The position numbers and the translations under genes were made by a program. A stretch of DNA of 64,000 nucleotides from Alphaproteobacteria bacterium (GTDB lineage Bacteria > Pseudomonadota > Alphaproteobacteria > Rs-D84), in assembly GCA_031549365.1 (NCBI GenBank), contig JAVBPX010000001.1:130417-194416 (forward strand), given 5' to 3'. The notes under the pieces were generated by a model that ran no database searches, was not told the DNA's origin, and saw nothing but the letters and a program-made list of their open reading frames with translations. Within the stretch, counting starts at the first letter, position 1, and each line of letters begins with the position of its first letter. Positions 18,606 to 25,522 of this stretch are shown one piece after another.

Positions 18606-19340
18606 ATGGCAGAAAAATCTAAACTTGAATGGACGGATGCAACGTGGAACCCAGTTGTTGGATGTACAAAGTACAGCGATGGGTGTATAAATTGTTATGC
18701 AAAACCAATTGCAGAACGTTTGTGTAGACAAGGAGTTTTTGGATACGAAAATGGTTTTAAAATGACATTGCGTCCAGAGCGTTTGGAAATTCCATTGCAT
18801 TGGAAAAAACCAAGATTAATATTTGTAGACTCCATGTGCGATTTATTTCACGATGATGTGCCATTAGAATATATTCAGAAAGTTTTTGCAATAATGAAGC
18901 GTGCAGATTGGCATGTTTATACCATATTAACAAAACGATCAAAGCGTTTGCGTGAATTGGCGTCAAACCTTGAATGGATGCCGCATGTTGTAATGGGTGT
19001 AACGATTGAATCCGATAAATATCGTGATAGGCTGGATGATTTGAAGGCTGTGCCTGCATATATGCGATATTTATCATTGGAGCCATTGTTGGGACCAATT
19101 AACCGATTGGATTTGGATGGAATTGATTGGGTTATTGCTGGTGGAGAATCCGGACCAAATGCACGGCAACTGGATACAAATTGGGTCAGAGAAATTCGCG
19201 ATTGGACATTGGAACAAAAAGCTGCGTTTTGGTTTAAACAGTATAGCGAGTATGGGGGACAGCATAAAGACCCTATTTTAGATGGGGAAAAATATAAGCA
19301 ATTTCCAGATTTTAAAACCGGAAAACCGAGTCTGTTTTAA
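18606..19340 (+). CDS. Phage Gp37/Gp68-family protein (DUF5131, three-Cys-motif protein)
   Basis: N-terminal 'KLEWTDATWNPVVGCTKYSDGCINCYA' matches the hallmark family start, a Cx6CxxC three-Cys motif right after 'WNP..GC'. The ATG at 18606 is preferred over the GTG at 18600. Confidence 0.6.
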   Translation: MAEKSKLEWTDATWNPVVGCTKYSDGCINCYAKPIAERLCRQGVFGYENGFKMTLRPERLEIPLHWKKPRLIFVDSMCDLFHDDVPLEYIQKVFAIMKRADWHVYTILTKRSKRLRELASNLEWMPHVVMGVTIESDKYRDRLDDLKAVPAYMRYLSLEPLLGPINRLDLDGIDWVIAGGESGPNARQLDTNWVREIRDWTLEQKAAFWFKQYSEYGGQHKDPILDGEKYKQFPDFKTGKPSLF

Positions 19341-19859
19341 TGGCAATGATTTATACAATCGGTTTTAGTGGAAAAACAGCGGACATTTTTACGGATGTTC
19401 TGGATGCTGTTGGTGTCAAAAAATTGATTGATATTCGTTTATGGCGGGCGTCACGATTTGTTCCATGGGCATCGGGTGCAAATTTGCAGAAACTTTTGGG
19501 TGACAAATATTGTTATATGCCGGAATTGACACCAACAAAATGAAGAAATTATTAAAAAGATAAATTATCGTCTGGGTACAAATGCGGATAAAATAAAACT
19601 CATTGAAAAAAACTATAATCGTCCGAATATTGAAGAATATTTGCAAATGTTTTCAAAAAACATGGATGGAGTAGATGAGACCAGAATTGCCCACTTTTAT
19701 TTGAAATATTGCGATTTCAAACATTCCAATGTACTGACGTGTTTAGAAGGACAAATACTTGATTTTCAGGTTGAACGCGTTATTACAGTAATGGTTATGC
19801 TTGTTACATATTTGAGTATGGCAAAATTAGAGCCCTATGTACATCCTGTCGGTATTTAA
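19340..19859 (+). pseudogene. DUF488 (YeaO-like) gene disrupted by a frameshift near 19525-19545
   Basis: ORF 19340-19543 encodes the DUF488 N-terminus ('MIYTIGFSGKT...LIDIRLWRASR...PELTPTK*'). The continuation is in another frame from about 19530 to 19859 ('EEIIKKINYRLG...LQMFSKNMDG...'). Confidence 0.5.
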
Positions 19860-19971
19860 ATATCAATTATCCAGTAGGAAAATACTATTATGGATCAATG
19901 CTGTTAGTGAGACTTTCTTGACTTTTTAACATTATAATAGTAGCATCCTTTGTGAGAAAAATGAGGTTTAA

Positions 19972-21564
19972 ATGTCGGATAACAATGCCATTCATTGGGC
20001 GGATTTTATTGCAGAGCGAATAATTCGTGAAAAAGGCGATAAAGATTTATATACTTTGGCCAGCGGAATTACCCCGTCTGGGACAATTCATATTGGAAAA
20101 TTTCGCGAGATTATAACCACCGAATTGGTGTCCCGGGCGTTGGTTCGCATGGGGAAAAAGGTACGTTTTATTTATTCTTGGGATGATTATGATACTTTTC
20201 GCAAAGTGCCGGGCGATATGCCACAGCAAGAGATGTTAAAAGAATTATTGTATCAGCCGATTGTCGATATTCCAGATGTTTACGGAACAGAAAGTTCTTA
20301 TGCTCGGCATAACGAAGTGTCGTTGGAACGTATTGCTCCGGTATTGGGCATAACAAATATTGAATTTATTTATCAAAGTCGGATGTATCGTAGTGGCGAA
20401 TATAATGATTTGATTATAAAGGTTATGGATTCGCGAGATAAAATTCGTGATATTTTACAGACATCTAAAAGCCAGGGGATGGATGAAGAGTTTTATCCTA
20501 TTGCAACTTATTGCAGCAATTGCAATCGTGACCGAATTGTTTTTTCAAATTATAATACATCAGATAAAACAGTTGATTATAAGTGTAAGTTATGCAACCA
20601 CACGGAAAAGTTAAATTTACGCGATTCAAGGCGGCTGAAATTGCCTTGGCGAATTGATTGGCCAATGCGTTGGGCATTTGAAAATGTTGATTTTGAACCA
20701 GGTGGGACAGATCATTCTTCGGCTGGGGGCAGTTTTGATACCAGCAAAGTAATCGTTAGTGAGATTTTTGGAGGGGCGTCTCCGGTTTATGCAAAATATG
20801 CATTTGTATTGCCAAAGGGTGAAAGCAAAAAGATGTCTTCGTCAATTGGTAACGGGTTTTCTGTGGAAAGCGTTTTGCAGGTTTATGAACCAGAAATGAT
20901 ACGTTGGTTTTTTGCTTCGTATAAACCAGATGCGCAGTTCAGTATGGCTTTTGACATTGATGTTTTGAAGAATTACGAAGCATTTGACCGAATGGAACGC
21001 GTGGTTTATGGATTGGAAGATGTGAATGATGACAGGCGTGCAGTGCAGCGGCGTATTTATGAAATGTCTCAGATAAATTTTGATGGAAAGATTCCGGAAC
21101 AGATGCCTTTTCAGCCGAGTTTTAGGCACCTGTGTAATCAGTTGCAAATAAACGAATTTGATATCGAAAAAACCAGAGCATATTACGCCCACCAAATCAA
21201 AAATGACATCGATGAACAACGGTATCAAGAAAGGTCCAAATGCGCAGTATTTTGGATACAAAATTGTGCTTCGGATGATTTCAAACTTATATTGAATTCC
21301 GAAAAACGCAATGACATGACATTGTCGACAGATGAAAAAAAGTTCGTGAATGACTTGCACAAAATGTTGGAGATTGATTGGGACAATTTAGATGACGAAC
21401 GCGTCTTACAAAGTAAGGTCGGTGAATTAATTAAGGCCAACGGATTGGAAGTACTAAATGCGTATAAACTGTTATATCAGTTACTGGTCAATCGGGACCA
21501 AGGACCAAAGCTGGCCGGATTTATTTTGGGTATTGGCAAGGATAAGATTCTGAATTTGTTGTAA
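19972..21564 (+). CDS. lysK: Lysyl-tRNA synthetase, class I
   Basis: 530 aa. HIGH-type motif 'PSGTIHIGKFRE' and KMSKS-type motif 'KMSSSIGNG'. Architecture is typical of class I LysRS as found in alphaproteobacteria and archaea. Confidence 0.85.
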   Translation: MSDNNAIHWADFIAERIIREKGDKDLYTLASGITPSGTIHIGKFREIITTELVSRALVRMGKKVRFIYSWDDYDTFRKVPGDMPQQEMLKELLYQPIVDIPDVYGTESSYARHNEVSLERIAPVLGITNIEFIYQSRMYRSGEYNDLIIKVMDSRDKIRDILQTSKSQGMDEEFYPIATYCSNCNRDRIVFSNYNTSDKTVDYKCKLCNHTEKLNLRDSRRLKLPWRIDWPMRWAFENVDFEPGGTDHSSAGGSFDTSKVIVSEIFGGASPVYAKYAFVLPKGESKKMSSSIGNGFSVESVLQVYEPEMIRWFFASYKPDAQFSMAFDIDVLKNYEAFDRMERVVYGLEDVNDDRRAVQRRIYEMSQINFDGKIPEQMPFQPSFRHLCNQLQINEFDIEKTRAYYAHQIKNDIDEQRYQERSKCAVFWIQNCASDDFKLILNSEKRNDMTLSTDEKKFVNDLHKMLEIDWDNLDDERVLQSKVGELIKANGLEVLNAYKLLYQLLVNRDQGPKLAGFILGIGKDKILNLL

Positions 21565-21568
21565 TTCA

Positions 21569-22333
21569 TTACCTTTCTTGTATGTGCTTTCCCATAATGC
21601 ACTGGCGAGCGATGATTTTTTTGATGTTACTGCCGACAAGTTGCGATGTTAGAGGGCAATGATAGCTTTTTTTGAAATTTTCAGTGCATTGTTGTAAAGT
21701 TTCTGTAAAATTTGGTTTATAAAATTTTCCAATTTCTATACCCACAGGGGTGTTTTCAAGATTTCCCTTTGCTATTTCGTTATCAAAATTTTGTTTTGTA
21801 GTCGCAATTATATGTTTATTATCAGTGGTATGCAAGTGTGGTTCAGCCCTCTCCCATTGCGGTTGTGTAGATACAAATTTATCGGCCTCTTGCTTGTATG
21901 TTGAGTGTAATAGTGGACTATCTTTTAGTATTATTTTAGGTAAGTGCAACACCCATAAAATAATTCGAGCATATTGAAATTGCGATAATATGCAATCAGT
22001 TAATACGCATGAAGAACTCATAATTGACGGTAGAGAATCTTTAATGTTATTTGCAATGTATATGAGATCTGAAAGGCATTCTTTGTCTAGGCAAAATCCA
22101 AGGTGGTCAAAATCCTTTTGAAGGTCGTAATGCAGTTTCTTCATGTATTCAAGAAATTTTTTTTCTTGTTCGTGGTTGGATTTTTTTAGTAATATAAAAG
22201 TGTCAACATCTGAATTTGTTTTATCTTCACCTCGAGCAGTTGAGCCACATATAAATGAAAACTCTAGATTGTCTCCGAATATCTCTCGGGTATCTAAGTC
22301 CAATTGTTTTATCTGTTTTTTTGTTATTTTCAT
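21569..22333 (-). CDS. Pol-beta-superfamily nucleotidyltransferase domain protein (ANT/MNT-like), function unknown
   Basis: 254 aa. N-terminal NTase signature 'FICGSTARGEDKTNSDVDTFILL' (G[GS]x9-13Dx[DE]). The extreme C-terminus has an Rx6H element ('ARQCIMGKH') reminiscent of HEPN. Codon usage differs from core genes. Confidence 0.6.
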   Translation of the reverse strand: MKITKKQIKQLDLDTREIFGDNLEFSFICGSTARGEDKTNSDVDTFILLKKSNHEQEKKFLEYMKKLHYDLQKDFDHLGFCLDKECLSDLIYIANNIKDSLPSIMSSSCVLTDCILSQFQYARIILWVLHLPKIILKDSPLLHSTYKQEADKFVSTQPQWERAEPHLHTTDNKHIIATTKQNFDNEIAKGNLENTPVGIEIGKFYKPNFTETLQQCTENFKKSYHCPLTSQLVGSNIKKIIARQCIMGKHIQER

Positions 22334-22355
22334 TATTATTTACCAGTTGCTGTTT

Positions 22356-23813
22356 TTATAAGTATCTTACGATTTCTCTCTGAGGTAGAATTGGTTGTGG
22401 AGTAAATATGCCTTTGTAATAGATTCCAGATGCATGCTTTCCTATACCGCCATATGGTTTGTATCCATGCTCGAAATTGTGTAGATGGTCATTCACAAGT
22501 ATAGAGTCCGGCATATGGATTTTTTCATCATAAAGTATGGCTATTGTTTCTTCTTTTAATTTTCCATAAACTGTCAAAAACATAGCTGATTCTTTATATT
22601 TTGTATTTTTGAAATAGTTTATAAGTTCATTTTCTGAATCATAAGGTTGTATAAAGAATATTGGACAGAACAATTCTTCGTAATTAGCTCCTTCAGAGAG
22701 ATCCTTTACTATTACCGTAGGATATATCATATTTTTTGAAGCGTCTATAAGACCTCCATAATAAATATTCTTCCGATTGTTATAAATTAGTTTTGCAGCA
22801 TTTAATGCGTATCCATCTTTTGTATTAGGCATTATTATCGTGGATTTTTCAGGATTTGAATTACAGTTTTCATGAATTTCTTTTAATTTATTTATTAAAA
22901 TTTCTTGAAAATCTGTTAAACAATCTCTTTTCACAAGTAATGCATTTGGGGCGGCACAGTCTTGTCCTTGGTTGTATGTTCCAAGCTCGATACATGCTTC
23001 GACGGCTTCTTTGATATTTGACCGAAGATTTATTATAACCGGGTTTTGTCCAGCACCACCAAAGAAACAATATAACTCTTTGTTATACGATCTTTTTACT
23101 TTCTTCATGTTTTCATATGTACCTGTAAATATAAATGCCTTTATTTCATTTCGTGTAATATTGAGAAAATCCTCTCTTCCTCCATAGAATATTTCTATAT
23201 TTGGCATACTTGATAAATTTAACAATTTATCTAGCTCTTTAAAAACGTCTTGAGAATCATTTGGATATCTAACATATACTTTCTTACAAATATACGATGG
23301 AACAAGAGCAAAACAAACAAAGGAATACAGCAATTGGTTTAAAGGCATAAATGACGCGATTGGTGCTTTCTCTTTTAAAAAGTATTCCTTATTTATGGTA
23401 AGATTTGTAAGAAGGTCTATTGATCTATCAATTTCATCACATATTGTATTATAGGTGGCATATGATGAAAGAGCTTTATAGATATCTTCTCTGCGCTGAT
23501 TTAATTGAAACGAAAAATTGAGCGCGTCTGTTAAAATTTTATCAAAGTCTAGATTATTTTCCACGTCTTTTTTAGAAATATTTGTTCTTTGTCCAAACCA
23601 AGAGCCAATTTCCTTTTTACTGAGTTTCTCTGTTTTTACTATAAGCCCTAAGTCATTTTTTTCATACTCCAGGCTGAGATTGTTAATATTGTGGAGTATA
23701 TTATCTTTAGCTTTTGTATCCATCTCATCAAATTTGAGGATAAAAGTCAGCCCATTTTTATCTTGTAAAATGGTTCCAATAGGCTGTTTCTTTTTCCTTA
23801 CTATGAAGTCCAT
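22356..23813 (-). CDS. Divergent aldehyde dehydrogenase superfamily protein (catalytic Cys kept, general-base Glu replaced)
   Basis: 485 aa. ALDH motifs present: 'FTGTYENMKKV' (NAD-binding F-T-G-S-T-like), 'NQGQDCAAPNALLVKRD' (Cys motif F-x-N-x-GQ-x-C), 'EELFCPI' (EEIFGPV-like). The 'ELGGKSP' position reads 'FFGGAGQNP', so the Glu is absent. Confidence 0.6.
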   Translation of the reverse strand: MDFIVRKKKQPIGTILQDKNGLTFILKFDEMDTKAKDNILHNINNLSLEYEKNDLGLIVKTEKLSKKEIGSWFGQRTNISKKDVENNLDFDKILTDALNFSFQLNQRREDIYKALSSYATYNTICDEIDRSIDLLTNLTINKEYFLKEKAPIASFMPLNQLLYSFVCFALVPSYICKKVYVRYPNDSQDVFKELDKLLNLSSMPNIEIFYGGREDFLNITRNEIKAFIFTGTYENMKKVKRSYNKELYCFFGGAGQNPVIINLRSNIKEAVEACIELGTYNQGQDCAAPNALLVKRDCLTDFQEILINKLKEIHENCNSNPEKSTIIMPNTKDGYALNAAKLIYNNRKNIYYGGLIDASKNMIYPTVIVKDLSEGANYEELFCPIFFIQPYDSENELINYFKNTKYKESAMFLTVYGKLKEETIAILYDEKIHMPDSILVNDHLHNFEHGYKPYGGIGKHASGIYYKGIFTPQPILPQREIVRYL

Positions 23814-23844
23814 ATTTTCTCCTTGATTAATGTGGACCTTAAGT

Positions 23845-25344
23845 TTATCTCAACTTTATTTTTTTTAACATGGGAAATGTTAAAACATCTCTGATATTAG
23901 ATGAGTTTGTTAACATCATGGCGAGGCGATCTGCACCTATTCCCATGCCTCCTGTAGGGGGCATACCGTATTCTAAAGCTGTAAGAAAGGCTTCATCCAT
24001 TTGCATTGCTTCAGGATCATCTGAAAGAGATGCTTGTTCTTCGAATTTTTTTCTTTGATCTATTGGATTTGATAATTCTGAGTAAGCTTCACCAAATTCA
24101 ATGCCGCCAACATAGAGCATAAATCTTTCAGAAAGACGTGGGTTTTGTCGATGTATTTTTGTCAGCGGAGATATATCATATGGAACATCCATTACGAAAG
24201 TTGGTTGAATAAGAGTTTTTTCGACTTTTTCTTCAAATATAGTTTCTACTACTTTACCCCAAGATTCAGTTCCCTTGAGTCGAATTTTGTGTTTTTGGGC
24301 AATGCTATGAATTTCCCTATCGCTCATGTTTATAAGATCTTCGTTCAGCGCTTCTGATGCTGCGTCTACCATTGGTAATCTTTTAAATGGTTTTTCAAGG
24401 TCTATTAAGGCATCTTTCCAAGTAATGTGGAGAGAGCTGTTGACAGCCATAGATGAATCTCGCAGCAATCTTTCTGCGAGAATCATCATGTCAAAATAGT
24501 CTTTATAAGAGCCATATATATCTAGCATTGTGAATTCTGGACTGTGGCGATTATCAATACCTTCATTGCGGAAATTTTTACCAATTTCAAACACTCGAGG
24601 AATGCCTCCAACAATGAGCCGCTTTAGTTCAAGTTCAGATGCTATCCTGAGATAAAAATCGTCTTTAAGAGAATTATAATGTGTAGTAAATGGAGCAGCA
24701 TTTGCACCGGCTTTTACTGGGTGAAGTATAGGTGTTTCTACCTCTATATATCCCTCATCGTGCATTACTTCGCGTATAGCATACATTGCTTTCGCCCTAT
24801 TGAGAACAACATCCCGAGAGTTTTTGTTTACTATAAGATCTACGGATTTATTGCGGTATCTTTCTTCGGAGTCTGTTAGACCGTGGTATTTTTCAGGAAG
24901 AATATTCAATGATTTTGACAGCATTGTTACTTCCAGAGGAGTAACAGAAACTGCTCCTCGCAAAGTTTTTTTAATTCCTCCCAAAACACCAATTATATCA
25001 CCAATGTCAAGATTTTTAAGCATGTTATTAAATTGTGTATCTGCTTTTGGATTTTCATTGCAAATTTGAATTTTTCCGGATTCATCTTCAACATCGATGA
25101 ACATTCCGGAATTTCGGATTGCCATAATTCTTCCTGCAATTTTTACAATGTCTTTTGTATCCGCTGTCTTTTCACCAGGTTGAAGGTGGCCAAATTCAGC
25201 TATTATATTACTGGCAAGATGCGTTGGTTTGTATATGTGTGGATATGCGTTTATTCCTTGAGATTCGATGTCTTTAAGTTTTTGAATCCTTATTTCTTTT
25301 AAAGAATTTATTGGTGTCTTATTATCTTTTTTTTGATTTTGCAT
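23845..25344 (-). CDS. lysS: Lysyl-tRNA synthetase, class II (full length, with N-terminal anticodon-binding OB fold)
   Basis: 499 aa. Class II motif 1 'RVFEIGKNFRNEG', motif 2 'HSPEFTMLDIY', motif 3 'GGMGIGADRLAMMLT'. N-terminal OB-fold region 'KIAGRIMAIRNSGMFIDVEDESGKIQICNE'. AGA/AGG/GGA/ACA-rich codon usage unlike neighbouring core genes. Confidence 0.85.
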   Translation of the reverse strand: MQNQKKDNKTPINSLKEIRIQKLKDIESQGINAYPHIYKPTHLASNIIAEFGHLQPGEKTADTKDIVKIAGRIMAIRNSGMFIDVEDESGKIQICNENPKADTQFNNMLKNLDIGDIIGVLGGIKKTLRGAVSVTPLEVTMLSKSLNILPEKYHGLTDSEERYRNKSVDLIVNKNSRDVVLNRAKAMYAIREVMHDEGYIEVETPILHPVKAGANAAPFTTHYNSLKDDFYLRIASELELKRLIVGGIPRVFEIGKNFRNEGIDNRHSPEFTMLDIYGSYKDYFDMMILAERLLRDSSMAVNSSLHITWKDALIDLEKPFKRLPMVDAASEALNEDLINMSDREIHSIAQKHKIRLKGTESWGKVVETIFEEKVEKTLIQPTFVMDVPYDISPLTKIHRQNPRLSERFMLYVGGIEFGEAYSELSNPIDQRKKFEEQASLSDDPEAMQMDEAFLTALEYGMPPTGGMGIGADRLAMMLTNSSNIRDVLTFPMLKKIKLR

Positions 25345-25366
25345 AGATATACCTTTTTATACTTTT

Positions 25367-25439
25367 TGGGGGGCGGTCCGGATTTGAACCGTACCTCTGA
25401 GGGAAAACTCAGCGTTCTGCCTAATTATACTACCCGCCC
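25367..25439 (-). tRNA. Aberrant tRNA-like element (degenerate cloverleaf, 6-nt anticodon loop TTTTCC). Either a pseudo-tRNA or a non-canonical tRNA.
   Basis: Minus-strand sequence GGGCGGGTAGTATAATTAGGCAGAACGCTGAGTTTTCCCTCAGAGGTACGGTTCAAATCCGGACCGCCCCCCA. Canonical T-loop GGTTCAAATCC. Acceptor 6/7 pairs. 3' C-CCA encoded. Anticodon stem CTGAG/CTCAG with only 6 loop nt. D-stem and T-stem each carry a mismatch. Confidence 0.4.
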
Positions 25440-25522
25440 TATAATTGTGATGAAGTGATCCCATCAACTTATCATTGTTTATGTCAAAAGCAATTTAAAT
25501 GTCAATAATTATTTTTTGTTAT

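Noticed and set aside
19913-19945. Apparent promoter 'TTGACT ... TATAAT' upstream of lysK.
   Set aside because: The spacing between the hexamers is only about 9 bp, incompatible with sigma70 recognition. It is likely chance in AT-rich DNA.
17366-25439. Idea that the aberrant tRNA-like at 25367-25439 is the duplicated 3' end of tRNA-Ser marking an integrated element (attL/attR).
   Set aside because: The two sequences differ outside the generic T-loop, the tRNA-like element is on the opposite strand, and no integrase is present. A simple tRNA-Ser att duplication is therefore not supported.
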